Source: Gemmatimonadaceae bacterium
GTDB taxonomy: Bacteria > Gemmatimonadota > Gemmatimonadetes > Gemmatimonadales > Gemmatimonadaceae
Direction: 5' to 3'
DNA length: 64,000 nucleotides
NCBI GenBank assembly: GCA_036378095.1
Contig: DASUXC010000084.1
Location: 19,805 to 83,804 of the forward strand
The position numbers and the translations under genes are program-made. Every line of letters begins with the position of its first letter. The stretch's first letter is position 1. Shown here piece by piece: positions 27,032-36,525 of this stretch. The notes beneath the pieces are model-generated. The model saw only the letters and a list, made by a program, of their open reading frames with translations. It was not told where the DNA came from and ran no database searches.

Positions 27032-27179
27032 GAAGTGACCTGCCGCCGACCGGTGGCGGCAGTATGTTGGAACGGGGCCTCGAAAATGGCGTCATGCAGC
27101 CGCCGCTCGTCCGTTCGCGCGACGCGAGGTACCCGGGCACGATCCCGCTCGACTGCATCGCCGACCACGGAGCCCGCCG

Positions 27180-29435
27180 ATGCTCGACGCGACCGACGCG
27201 CTGGACCTGGGTCCGGATGCCGTGATCGTTCTCGACACGGAGTGGCGCTGCACGCTCGTGAACGCCGCCGCCGAGCGTCTGCTCGGGAAGACGCGGGAGG
27301 AGTGCACCGGTCGGACGCTGTGGGAGATCGCCAGCCCGTGGCTCGGGGAGGCGGAGGCGCGCGCGCTCCGGCGCGTGATGGAGGAGCGGACCACCGCCGC
27401 GTTCGACTGGCGCGACGCGCCGAACGGCCGGTGGCTCGACGTGCGCGTGGCGGCCGACCGCCGCGGGATGGTGATCACCGGACGCGATGTGGGCGAGCGC
27501 CGGCGCGCGCAGGACGCGCTCATCGCGAGCGAGCGGCACCTCCGCGCGATCCTGGAGACGCAGCCGGAGGGGGTGATGCTCGTCGGACACGACGGGCGCA
27601 TCCTCCAGATCAATCGCGCCGGGCTCGCGCTGTTCGAGGCGCCGTCGCCGGCATCGGTGCTCGGGCTCACCGCGGGCACGTTCGTGACACCCGAGCACCT
27701 CGACTCCTACGCGGCGGCGCACGAAGCCGTGCTCGCCGGCGAGAGCAGCACGCAGGAGCTGGAGATCGAGACGCTGCGCGGAACGCGGCGGTGGCTGTCG
27801 GTGAGCTCGGTACCGTTGCGCGATGCCGCGGGGGGGATCGTCGCCATGCTCTCGATCGCCCGCGACATCACCGGCCGCAAGCTCGCCGAGGAGGCGCTCC
27901 GGGCGAGCGAGGAGCGATACCGCCTCGTGACGCGGGCGACGAAGGAGGTGGTGTACGACTGGGACCTCCGCACCAACGCGCTCGCGCTGAGCGATGCCGT
28001 GTTCTCCCGGTTCCGGTACGATCCGGGCAGCGTGCGCCCCGAGTACTCGTGGTGGGAGGAGAACGTGCACCCGGAGGACCGCGCGCGGGTGACGCGCGGG
28101 CTGGAGCGCGTGATCGCCGGTGGTGGCGAGGTGTGGGAGGATGAGTACCGCTTCCGCCGTGGCGATCGCACCTGGGCCACGGTCGCCGGAAGCGGCTACG
28201 TGATGCGCGATGCGCAGGGCGCGCCGGTGCGACTCGTCGGCACGATCCGCGACCTCACCGCGCGCAAGGCGCTCGAGGAGCAGCTCCGGCAGGCGCAGAA
28301 GCTGGAGGCGGTGGGGCGGCTCGCCGGCGGGATCGCGCACGACTTCAACAACATTCTGACCGCCATCTCGAGCAACGCCGAGCTCGCCCGCGCGATCGTC
28401 CCGCGAGGGAGCCCGGCGCGCGAGGATCTGGACGAGATCCGCCGCGCGATCGCGCGCGGCTCGGCGCTCACGCGGCAGCTCCTCGCGTTCGGGCGCCGGC
28501 AGGTGCTGCAGCCGCGCGTGCTCGACCTCAACGAGGTCGTCCTGGGCGCCGAGCGGCTGCTCACGCGCCTCGTCACCGAGGACATTCAGATCACCCTGCA
28601 GCTCGACCAGGAGCTGTGGCCCGTGCGCGCCGATCCCGGGCAGCTCGAGCAGGTGCTCATGAACCTCGTGGTGAACGCCCGCGACGCCATGCCGCACGGC
28701 GGGCTGCTGGTGATCCACACGTCGAACGCGACGATCGACGAGCCGGTGCAGGGCGTCGGCCTCGTGGTGGAGGCGGGCGACTACGTGCGGCTGGAGGTGC
28801 GCGACTCCGGCGTGGGGATGGACGCCGCGACGCGCGCGCGCCTGTTCGAGCCGTTCTTCACCACCAAGGCGCACGGGCGCGGTACGGGACTCGGCCTCGC
28901 CACGGTGTACGGGATCGTCGAGCAGTCAGGCGGGATGATCGAGGTGCAGAGCGAGCCGGAGCGCGGGAGCGCGTTCTGCATCCTGCTCCCGCGGGCGGAC
29001 CAGATCGAGGGGGAGGAGGCGCAGCGGTCCGGGCTCACGGTGCCCGAGCGGCGCCCCTCCGAGACGGTACTCCTGGTGGAGGACGAGGAGGCGGTGCGCT
29101 CGTCGCTGCGCCGCCTGCTCGAGCGAAGCGGCTTCCGGGTGGTCGAGGCGCGGGACGGCCTGGAGGCGCTGGAGGTGTGGGAGCGCGAGGGCGCGGAGGC
29201 GGGCGTGGACCTGGTGCTGAGCGACGTGGTGATGCCCCGCCTCGGCGGGCGCGAGCTGCTCGAAGAGCTGCGCTCGCGCGCGCCCGGCGCGCGGGTGCTG
29301 CTCATGTCGGGGTACACGGCGGACACGCACGCCGTGTCGGAGCTCCTGGGCACCGGGGCCGCGCTCATCGAGAAGCCGTTCGCGATCGAGGTGCTGCTCG
29401 CGCGGGTCCGCCAGATGCTCGGCAAGAGCGCCTGA
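27180..29435 (+). CDS. Hybrid sensor histidine kinase (multiple PAS, HisKA, HATPase, receiver)
   Basis: 751-aa ORF. 3-4 PAS-like blocks, H-box GGIAHDFNNILT, N-box NLVVNARDAM, DSGVGM, GTGLGLA, then receiver VLLVEDEE...DLVLSDVVMP...EKPF. Confidence 0.9.
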   Translation: MLDATDALDLGPDAVIVLDTEWRCTLVNAAAERLLGKTREECTGRTLWEIASPWLGEAEARALRRVMEERTTAAFDWRDAPNGRWLDVRVAADRRGMVITGRDVGERRRAQDALIASERHLRAILETQPEGVMLVGHDGRILQINRAGLALFEAPSPASVLGLTAGTFVTPEHLDSYAAAHEAVLAGESSTQELEIETLRGTRRWLSVSSVPLRDAAGGIVAMLSIARDITGRKLAEEALRASEERYRLVTRATKEVVYDWDLRTNALALSDAVFSRFRYDPGSVRPEYSWWEENVHPEDRARVTRGLERVIAGGGEVWEDEYRFRRGDRTWATVAGSGYVMRDAQGAPVRLVGTIRDLTARKALEEQLRQAQKLEAVGRLAGGIAHDFNNILTAISSNAELARAIVPRGSPAREDLDEIRRAIARGSALTRQLLAFGRRQVLQPRVLDLNEVVLGAERLLTRLVTEDIQITLQLDQELWPVRADPGQLEQVLMNLVVNARDAMPHGGLLVIHTSNATIDEPVQGVGLVVEAGDYVRLEVRDSGVGMDAATRARLFEPFFTTKAHGRGTGLGLATVYGIVEQSGGMIEVQSEPERGSAFCILLPRADQIEGEEAQRSGLTVPERRPSETVLLVEDEEAVRSSLRRLLERSGFRVVEARDGLEALEVWEREGAEAGVDLVLSDVVMPRLGGRELLEELRSRAPGARVLLMSGYTADTHAVSELLGTGAALIEKPFAIEVLLARVRQMLGKSA

Positions 29436-29700
29436 CCGTGGCGCCCCGAGCGTGCGGGCCGGGGCGCGTCGGGGCGCGTCGGGCGCCCCCTCACGCCGTC
29501 GCGCGGCGACCCTCACACACAATCGTTCCTTCCGCCGACAGCGAGGGCGCCCGCGCGCGGGCAGCTTACTCGTGCGCCCGGTGCAGAGCGGCCGGGGAGC
29601 GGCGCCGGAAGCGGGATGCGCCGCCCTCCACGACGGTCCGGGCGCGCACCCCGACGGCCGGCGCATCCGGCGATCCCGCGCGAACGAGGAGAGCTGCCAT

Positions 29701-30348
29701 ATGCGGAAGGACGTATTCACCGGCGCCGTGCTGGCCCTGGCGTTGGCGACGGGAGCGGCGACGGCGGGAGCCCAGTCGCGCTCCGGCACGATGATGGAGA
29801 TCCAGCCCGCCACCAGCAAGCTGTGGATCGAGGGCACGTCGTCGCTGCACGACTGGAGCTGCACGGCGGGAACGGTGAACGGCTCGGTGGAGCTGGATGC
29901 CGCCTACTCCACGCTGAACCTCCAGACGAACCCGAAGATCGCGAAGACGGTGGCCATCAGCGTCCCCGTGAAGGAGATGAAGTGCGGGCACGGGAAGATG
30001 GACGGCAACATGTACAAGGCGCTCCGGGCCGACGAGTTCCCGACGATCGAGTACAAGCTCGGTGGGTACGACGTGACGCCGCAGGCGGACGATCCCGCTT
30101 CCTTCGTGATGCACACGCGCGGCACGCTCACCATCGCGGGGCAGACGAAGGACGTCCAGTTCGACATCACGGCGCACCGCGCGCCGAACGGCGAGGTGAA
30201 GGTGCAGGGGAGCCAGCCGATCGTGATGACGGACTACGACGTGAAGCCGCCGAAGGCGATGCTCGGCACGATCAAGACGGGGAAGACGGTGACGGTGAAG
30301 TTCGACCTGCTGCTGGCGCCGGCGGCGGCGAAGGTGGGGGGGCGGTAG
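29701..30348 (+). CDS. YceI-like periplasmic protein (paralog)
   Basis: Inner ATG (MRKDVFTGAVLALALATGAATAGAQ), preceded by GGAGAG, of ORF 29452..30348. WIEGTSSLHDWSCTAGTV...VKEMKCGHGKMDGNMYKALRADEFPTIEYKL...GTLTIAGQTKDVQF. Confidence 0.8.
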   Translation: MRKDVFTGAVLALALATGAATAGAQSRSGTMMEIQPATSKLWIEGTSSLHDWSCTAGTVNGSVELDAAYSTLNLQTNPKIAKTVAISVPVKEMKCGHGKMDGNMYKALRADEFPTIEYKLGGYDVTPQADDPASFVMHTRGTLTIAGQTKDVQFDITAHRAPNGEVKVQGSQPIVMTDYDVKPPKAMLGTIKTGKTVTVKFDLLLAPAAAKVGGR

Positions 30349-30350
30349 TG

Positions 30351-30498
30351 GCCGGGGGCCGGGGGCCGGGGGCCGGGGGCCAGGGAGTGGAGGAGAACGT
30401 CGAGTATGGAATGCGACACGGGGCCGGCAGTTGCCGGCCCCGTGTCGCTCGATCTCCATTCTCGCGCACCCCGCACCCCGCGCCCCGCACCCCGCGCC
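30351..30498. repeat. Composite element E5: (GCCGGGG)5 array, 15-bp hairpin, (GCACCCC/GCGCCCC)4 array
   Basis: Left heptads at 30351..30385. Hairpin CGACACGGGGCCGGC-agtt-GCCGGCCCCGTGTCG at 30414..30447. Right heptads at 30466..30498, abutting the stop of the minus-strand gene. Confidence 0.85.
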
Positions 30499-31077
30499 TC
30501 ACCGCCGCGCGAGGTACTCCCGGTACGCGTCCGGATACACCGCCACGTGGAAGTGCGCCGGGTGGTGCTCCTCGGTGGCGTCCACGACGCCCCGACGCTC
30601 GAGCACGAGGAGCGTCTTGCGCAGCCAGCGCCGGCACTTGCCCCGCTTGGAGCGGCGCAGGTCGATGGCGATCCCGGTCGGGTGCACGGAATGGTCGCTG
30701 GCGTTCACCGGCTGCACCGATTCCGGGCGCACGGCGCTCGTGACGACGAGCGGCTCGCCGCATCCGCGCCGGTACTGGGCGGCGAGACGGCGCACGAAGG
30801 TGCGCGTCTCCGGGGCCACGTAGGGGAAGCTCACCTCGTGCAGCACGTAGTCGCGCCCGGGGTGGAGGCGAACGAGGCGACCCTCGTGCACCGCCCGGCG
30901 CACCTCGCGCGCGGTGTGCGTGAACGAGTAGTCATGCGCGACGGCGTAGTGCCACACGCGCTCGACGCTGCGGTGCGAGCCGTGCAGCGATTGGGCGCCC
31001 GCCGCCGGAGGGGCGATGACGAGCGCGGCGATGATCGCGGCGGGGGGGAGAAGCGGGGAGAGACGACGCACGGACAT
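30499..31077 (-). CDS. Secreted protein with peptidase-M15/Hedgehog-type zinc-site-like motif (function uncertain)
   Basis: Inner ATG (MSVRRLSPLLPPAAIIAALVIAPPAAGAQS, signal) of ORF 30499..31347. VVTSAVRPES...SVHPTGIAIDL...EEHHPAHFHV resembles the LD/DD-carboxypeptidase fold. Confidence 0.55.
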   Translation of the reverse strand: MSVRRLSPLLPPAAIIAALVIAPPAAGAQSLHGSHRSVERVWHYAVAHDYSFTHTAREVRRAVHEGRLVRLHPGRDYVLHEVSFPYVAPETRTFVRRLAAQYRRGCGEPLVVTSAVRPESVQPVNASDHSVHPTGIAIDLRRSKRGKCRRWLRKTLLVLERRGVVDATEEHHPAHFHVAVYPDAYREYLARR

Positions 31078-31312
31078 GACACGACTGAGCCGGAGCACCT
31101 GCGAGGGGTGTCCGGGCGGTACACGGAAGCGACTGCGGAGTGCGCAAGATACGGCTGGGTCGCGTGATGCGCCAGGGCTCGCCGGCGCATGGGCCCCCAT
31201 ACGATCGGGGTGGACCGCCACGGGCTCCGTCACGGCGAGCCGCCGTCGCGCTGGTCCGCCCCTTGCTCCGAACGTCGCCGTACACCACATCGACCACATC
31301 GGGGGACTCACC

Positions 31313-32686
31313 ATGCGAGGCCAGTCGTCAGTGCCGGCGATGGGCACCGCCGCCGCACGCGCCGTGCTCGGTACCCTGTTCGGCGATCCCGGCGCGCGCG
31401 CGTTCGACGTGCGCTACTGGGACGGTACGGTGGAGAAGGGAGGCGCGGATCCGGCCCCGTTCACGTTCGTGCCGCGCTCCGCGGGTGCGCTCAAACGCAT
31501 GCTCCTCCCGCCCTCGGAGCTGAAGCTCGGCGAGGCGTACGTGCGCGGCGACGTCGACGTGGAGGGGGATCTCGAGGCCGCCGCGTCGCTCGCCGATGGG
31601 GTCCGCGCTCGACTCGCCTCCCCCGCCCGGCTCGCGCGTCTCGCCCGGCAGGTGCTCGCGCTGCCGGGTGGCGCCTCCGCGGAGGCGCCCGCGCCGCGCC
31701 GCACGCGACATGGCCTGCCGCGCCACCGCCACTCGCGCGCGCGCGACCGCGCCGCCGTGCGCTCGCACTACGACGTGGGGAACGACTTCTACTCCCTCTG
31801 GCTCGACCGGAACATGGTCTACTCCTGCGCGTACTTCGCCACCGGGACGGAGGACATCCACGCCGCGCAGGAGGCGAAGCTCGAGCACATCTGCCGCAAG
31901 CTCCGGCTCGCCCCCGGCGAGCGCCTCCTCGACATCGGATGTGGATGGGGAGGGCTCGTGCGCTGGGCCGCCGCGCGTCATGGCGTGGAGGCGCTCGGCA
32001 TCACGCTGAGCGAGCGTCAGGCGGCGTTGGCGAACGAGCGCATCCGCGCGGAAGGGCTGGAGCGCCGCTGCCGCGTGGAGGTGCGCGACTACCGCGACCT
32101 CCCCGGTGATGCGCTGTTCGACAAGGTCGTGAGCGTCGGCATGTTCGAGCACGTCGGGCGCTCGCAGCTGCCGACCTACTTTCGGCACGCCGCCCGCCTC
32201 ACGCGCCCGGGCGGCCTCTTCCTCAATCACGGGATCGTGCGCGCGCCGGAGCGCGATGCCGGGCTCGTCAGCCGCGTGCGCCGCGCGCTCTGGCGGCAGG
32301 GGCGGTTCATCGACCGCTACGTGTTCCCGGACGGCGAGCTGGTGCCGCTCGACGTGGCCGTGCACGACGCCGAGGCCGCCGGCTTCGAGACGCGTGACGT
32401 GGAGTCGCTGCGCGAGCACTACGCCATCACCCTTCGCCACTGGGTGAGACGCCTGGAGCAGGCGCGCGACGCCGTGGAGGCGCTCGTCGGCGCGCAGGCG
32501 TACCGCGTCTGGCGGCTGTACATGGCGGCGTCGGCCTACGCGTTCCGCGTCGGGAAGCTGTCGCTCGCCCAGGTGCTCCTCGGACGCCCCGATGCCAGCG
32601 GCCGGGTGGCGATCCCCGCCACGCGAGACGACCTGTACGCGCCGGCCCCGCGCATCACCGCGCCTCAGCACGGAGCGGCGGCGTAG
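31313..32686 (+). CDS. cfa: Cyclopropane-fatty-acyl-phospholipid synthase family SAM methyltransferase
   Basis: Inner ATG of ORF 31016..32686. HYDVGNDFYSLWLDRNMVYSCAYF, EAKLEHICRKLRL, SAM motif LLDIGCGWGGL, VSVGMFEHVG, YIFPDG-like YVFPDGEL. Confidence 0.85.
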   Translation: MRGQSSVPAMGTAAARAVLGTLFGDPGARAFDVRYWDGTVEKGGADPAPFTFVPRSAGALKRMLLPPSELKLGEAYVRGDVDVEGDLEAAASLADGVRARLASPARLARLARQVLALPGGASAEAPAPRRTRHGLPRHRHSRARDRAAVRSHYDVGNDFYSLWLDRNMVYSCAYFATGTEDIHAAQEAKLEHICRKLRLAPGERLLDIGCGWGGLVRWAAARHGVEALGITLSERQAALANERIRAEGLERRCRVEVRDYRDLPGDALFDKVVSVGMFEHVGRSQLPTYFRHAARLTRPGGLFLNHGIVRAPERDAGLVSRVRRALWRQGRFIDRYVFPDGELVPLDVAVHDAEAAGFETRDVESLREHYAITLRHWVRRLEQARDAVEALVGAQAYRVWRLYMAASAYAFRVGKLSLAQVLLGRPDASGRVAIPATRDDLYAPAPRITAPQHGAAA

Positions 32687-32729
32687 CGCCGTGGCGCTCC
32701 GCGCTCGCCCGCGATAGACTGCGCGCACC

Positions 32730-33737
32730 ATGAGCCAGTCCAAGATGCGCGCGGTCGTCATCACGCGCCCCGGTGGGCCCGAGGTCCTCGAGCTGCGCGA
32801 GGTGCCGACGCCGACGCCAGGCCCCGGCGAGGTCCTCGTGCGCGTGCACGCGGCGGCGCTCAACCGCGCCGACGTCCTGCAGCGGCGGGGGCGCTATCCC
32901 GCCCCCCCTGGCGTGCCCCCGGAAGTGCCGGGGCTGGAGTTCGCCGGCGAGGTCGCGGAGCTCGGGCCCGGCGTCACCGCCTGGCGTCCGGCCGACCGCG
33001 TGTTCGGCATCGTCGGCGGGGGCGCGTACGCGCAGTTCCTGGTGACCCACGAGCGCATGCTCGCCGCCGTGCCGCGCGCGCTCGAATGGACCGCCGCCGC
33101 CGCCGTGCCCGAGGCGTACATCACCGCGTACGACGCGCTCATCGAGCAGGCCGGCGCGCGACTCTCCGAGCGCGTGCTCGTGAACGCCGTGGGGAGCGGC
33201 GTGGGGCTCGCGGTGGTGCAGCTCGCCCGCGCGATGGGACTCGTTCCGTACGGCAGCGCGCGCAGCGCCCGGAAGATCGACGTGGCGCTCGAACTCGGGC
33301 TGGAAGACGGGATCGTGGTGGGAGAGGACCTCGCGCCCATGGTGGAGCGGGCGCGCGAGTGGAGCGGCGGGATGGGGCTGGACATCGTGCTCGACCTCCT
33401 GGGCGGCCATTACCTGCCGGCGAGCCTCGAGCTGCTCGCGCCGCGAGGGCGGCTCGTGCTCATCGGCACCCTCGCCGGGCGCGACGCGGAGATATCGCTC
33501 GGCCGCGTGCTCGGCGCGCGCCTGACGATTCGCGGCACCGTGCTGCGCGCGCGTCCGCTCGAGGAGAAGATCGCCGCCACGCGCACCTTCGTCCACGAGG
33601 TCGTGCCGCAACTCGAGCGCGGCGCCCTGCGCCCCGTGGTGGACAGCGTCTACCGGCTCGCCGACGCCGCCGAGGCGCACCGGCGCCTGGAGTCCAACGC
33701 GACGATCGGCAAGGTCGTGCTCTCCGTGCCGGATTGA
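32730..33737 (+). CDS. NAD(P)H:quinone oxidoreductase (MDR superfamily)
   Basis: 335-aa ORF. MRAVVITRPGGPEVLELREVPTPTPGPGEVLVRVHAAALNRADVLQRRGRYP, VNAVGSGVGLAVVQLA, GKVVL. Confidence 0.9.
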   Translation: MSQSKMRAVVITRPGGPEVLELREVPTPTPGPGEVLVRVHAAALNRADVLQRRGRYPAPPGVPPEVPGLEFAGEVAELGPGVTAWRPADRVFGIVGGGAYAQFLVTHERMLAAVPRALEWTAAAAVPEAYITAYDALIEQAGARLSERVLVNAVGSGVGLAVVQLARAMGLVPYGSARSARKIDVALELGLEDGIVVGEDLAPMVERAREWSGGMGLDIVLDLLGGHYLPASLELLAPRGRLVLIGTLAGRDAEISLGRVLGARLTIRGTVLRARPLEEKIAATRTFVHEVVPQLERGALRPVVDSVYRLADAAEAHRRLESNATIGKVVLSVPD

Positions 33738-34861
33738 CGGACCTCGTGCGCCGGGGGCTCCGGGTCGCGCTCGCGGTCGCCGCGGCGGGGTGCGCCACCA
33801 CCGCCACCCTCCCGGGGTGGCGGGGCCCGAGAACCGACCACTTCGACGGCTCGCACTTTCACAACATCGAGCCCTTCGCCGAGCAGCCGGTGCAGGACGT
33901 CCTCCTCTGGCAGCTCGCCCGGCACCGCGGCGCGTGGCGCGACGACACCATCCCCCCCGCTCCGCCACCGCCCCGCCGCGTGACGGGGAGCGAGCTGCGC
34001 GTGACGCTCGTCAACCACGCCACGGTGCTCGTCCAGATGGACGGCCTGAACATCCTCACCGATCCGGTGTGGTCGGAGGGTGTGGGCCCGACGCCGAGCA
34101 CCGCGCAGCGGCGCCATCGTCCGGCCGGCATTCGCTGGGAGGACCTCCCGCCGATCGACGTCGTGCTCCTGAGCCACGACCACTACGACCACTTCGACGT
34201 GCCCACCCTGCGCCGGCTCGCGCGCCGATTCCACCCGCGCATCATCACCGGGCTCGGCAACGGCGAGCGGCTGCGACGGGAGGGGATCCCGGGAGGGGAG
34301 GAGCTGGACTGGTGGCGCTCGGCGCGGATCGCGCCCGGCGTGCGCGTGACCGCGGTGCCGGCGCAGCACTGGTCGGGACGCACGCTCACCGACCATTGCT
34401 CCACACTGTGGATGGGGTTCGTGATCGAGGGGCGCGCCGACACGGTGTACTTCGCCGGTGACACCGGCTGGGGAAGGTTCTTCGCGCTCATCCACGCGCG
34501 CTATCCGCGCTTCCGCCTGGCGATGCTCCCGATCGCACCGTTCCGCCCGGAGTGGTACATGCACCGCAAGCACGCGTCGCCGGCCGACGCGGTGCACGCG
34601 GCGCAGGTGCTGCACGCGTCGACGAGCGTGGCGATCCACTGGGGGACGTTCGAGCTGGGGGACGACGGACGCATGGAGCCCGTGGACTCGCTGCGGGCGA
34701 CGCTCGCCGAGCTGCCCGAGCGCTGTCGCCCCGTGTTCCTCACCCCCGACAACGGGGAGACGGTGCTCGTGCCGCCGTCGACCCGCGACGCGCGCCTCAG
34801 CGCGGCGGCGGATTCGGCGTGCGCGCCTCCGGCGTCCGAATCTCGCCGCCACTCGCGCTGA
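33734..34861 (+). CDS. MBL-fold metallo-hydrolase lipoprotein (NAPE-PLD-like)
   Basis: Tail of ORF 33086..34861. Proposed TTG start at 33734 overlaps the upstream stop (TTGA); GTG 33746 is the alternative. Lipobox-like ALAVAAAGC. HxHxDH as LLSHDHYDHFD, then FAGDTGW and IHWGTF. Confidence 0.78.
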   Translation: MTDLVRRGLRVALAVAAAGCATTATLPGWRGPRTDHFDGSHFHNIEPFAEQPVQDVLLWQLARHRGAWRDDTIPPAPPPPRRVTGSELRVTLVNHATVLVQMDGLNILTDPVWSEGVGPTPSTAQRRHRPAGIRWEDLPPIDVVLLSHDHYDHFDVPTLRRLARRFHPRIITGLGNGERLRREGIPGGEELDWWRSARIAPGVRVTAVPAQHWSGRTLTDHCSTLWMGFVIEGRADTVYFAGDTGWGRFFALIHARYPRFRLAMLPIAPFRPEWYMHRKHASPADAVHAAQVLHASTSVAIHWGTFELGDDGRMEPVDSLRATLAELPERCRPVFLTPDNGETVLVPPSTRDARLSAAADSACAPPASESRRHSR

Positions 34862-35645
34862 CCGCGCCACAGATCTCCGGGGGGCACGGCGTGATCGGGT
34901 GCGGCGTCACGCGCACGAGCAGCTCCTGGCCGATGCGGATGCGGTCGTCGGCGAGGCGGTTGAGCGCGCGGAGCCGCTCCGGCGTGGTGTGGTAGCGCCG
35001 GGCGATGCTCTCCAGCGCGTCGCCGCGGTGCACGCGATAGTACTCGCGGTTCGGCGGGAGCGCGGCGAGCGAATCGCGGTAGTGTCGCTCGAGCCGGAGC
35101 GTCTCGCGGATGACGAGGTCGCGCCGGTTCGCCTCGCGCACGAGCGCGCCGAGCTCCGCGCGTTGGCCGGCGCGCACGCCGTAGCGCCGCGGCTCCCCCC
35201 CGTGCGAGAGCCGCACCGCCGCCGCGCTGAACGGCGCGGACGTGGCGGCGATGGCGAACAGCGTGTCGTACGGGTAGGAGCGCACGTCGAAGGCGCGCGG
35301 CGCGTCCGGCGTGGGGTACAGCTCGGGGAGCACTCCCACGTAGAGCACGCGGCGGTCGGTGGCGGCGAGCACGCCGTAGGTCGCGCGGTACAGATCGTAC
35401 CAGTGACGCTCGGCGGCGCGCACGCGGTGCAGCACGCGCTCCCCCGGCTCCAGGCGCACGCGCAGCTCGCGGAGCGCGAGCCGCTCGGCGTTCGCCCGGT
35501 CGCGAACGTTGGCGGCGAACACCACGAGCACCACGGCGCCCACCGCGACCAGCGGCGCGCCCCAGGTGAGGAGCGCGCGACCGGCGCGACGATGCCATGG
35601 CTCCCGCCTGGCTGGCGGAGCGATCGTGGGTGGCTGCGCGGGCAT
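34797..35645 (-). CDS. Membrane-anchored LysM domain protein
   Basis: Inner ATG (MPAQPPTIAPP...) of ORF 34797..35774. One TM (APLVAVGAVVLVVFAA). C-terminal LysM YYRVHRGDALESIARRYHTTPERLRALNRLADDRIRIGQELLV. Confidence 0.7.
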   Translation of the reverse strand: MPAQPPTIAPPARREPWHRRAGRALLTWGAPLVAVGAVVLVVFAANVRDRANAERLALRELRVRLEPGERVLHRVRAAERHWYDLYRATYGVLAATDRRVLYVGVLPELYPTPDAPRAFDVRSYPYDTLFAIAATSAPFSAAAVRLSHGGEPRRYGVRAGQRAELGALVREANRRDLVIRETLRLERHYRDSLAALPPNREYYRVHRGDALESIARRYHTTPERLRALNRLADDRIRIGQELLVRVTPHPITPCPPEICGAVSASGGEIRTPEARTPNPPPR

Positions 35646-35772
35646 GCCCGGACGTACAGAAAATTTGATGCCAAACGGGCCCCGCCAGCCGCTCGGCGCC
35701 GTTGGAGCGAGATGGCGGGCGTCACATATTGTGTCATTCGGACTTCGGCCCGTCGTTTCGCCCCGGACCAGC

Positions 35773-36525
35773 ATGCTGGCGCGCCAACCACACCTGTCGT
35801 TGATCGTGCCGGTCTACAATGGGGCCGCGCGCCTACCTGGCACACTGTTGCAGCTCCGCGACTGGTTGTGCGCCCGCCCCTACGCGTGGGAGCTGATCCT
35901 CGTGGATGACCACAGCGATGCGCCCGCGGCGGAGATCCTGGGCGAGTTCGCGCGGGCGAGGCCGGGCGTGGTGCTGCTTCGCAACGACCGCAATCGCGGA
36001 AAGGGGTACTCCGTCGCGCGCGGCATGCTGGAGGCGCGCGGGCGCCATCGCGTGTTCACCGACGCGGACCTCGCGTACCCGCCGTCGGAGGTGGACAGGA
36101 TTCTCGCCGACCTGGATGACGGCGCCGACGTGGCGGTGGCGTGCCGGGTGCTTCCCGCGTCGCGCTACCTCATGAGCCCCACGTTCTTCTCGTACCTGTA
36201 CACGCGGCACGTGATGAGCCGCGTCTACAACGCGGTCGTGCGGTGGACGCTCGTGCCGGGGGTGCTGGACACGCAGGCGGGTCTCAAGGGGTTCACGGCG
36301 CGCGCCGCGGACACCGTCTTCCGGCGCGTCACCGTCCCGGGATTCGGGTTCGACGTGGAGGCGCTGTTCATCGCCAGGAAGCACGGCTTCGCGATCCGGC
36401 AGACGGCGGTCAACTTCCGGTACGACCAGGAGCCGACGACGGTCCGCTTCTTCCAGGATGCGGCGCGGATGGCGCGCGACCTGGCACGCATCCGCGGCAA
36501 CGACTGGCGGCGGCGCTACGAGTGA
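35773..36525 (+). CDS. Family 2 glycosyltransferase (polyprenyl-phosphate sugar synthase-like)
   Basis: Inner ATG of ORF 35509..36525. LSLIVPVYNGAARL, ELILVDDHSDD-type block, NRGKGYSVARG, FTDADL, GFGFDVE. Confidence 0.85.
   Translation: MLARQPHLSLIVPVYNGAARLPGTLLQLRDWLCARPYAWELILVDDHSDAPAAEILGEFARARPGVVLLRNDRNRGKGYSVARGMLEARGRHRVFTDADLAYPPSEVDRILADLDDGADVAVACRVLPASRYLMSPTFFSYLYTRHVMSRVYNAVVRWTLVPGVLDTQAGLKGFTARAADTVFRRVTVPGFGFDVEALFIARKHGFAIRQTAVNFRYDQEPTTVRFFQDAARMARDLARIRGNDWRRRYE

Noticed and set aside
25247-28144. 965-aa + strand ORF
   Set aside because: It is antisense to ggt and then off-frame in the hybrid kinase. It has no motifs.
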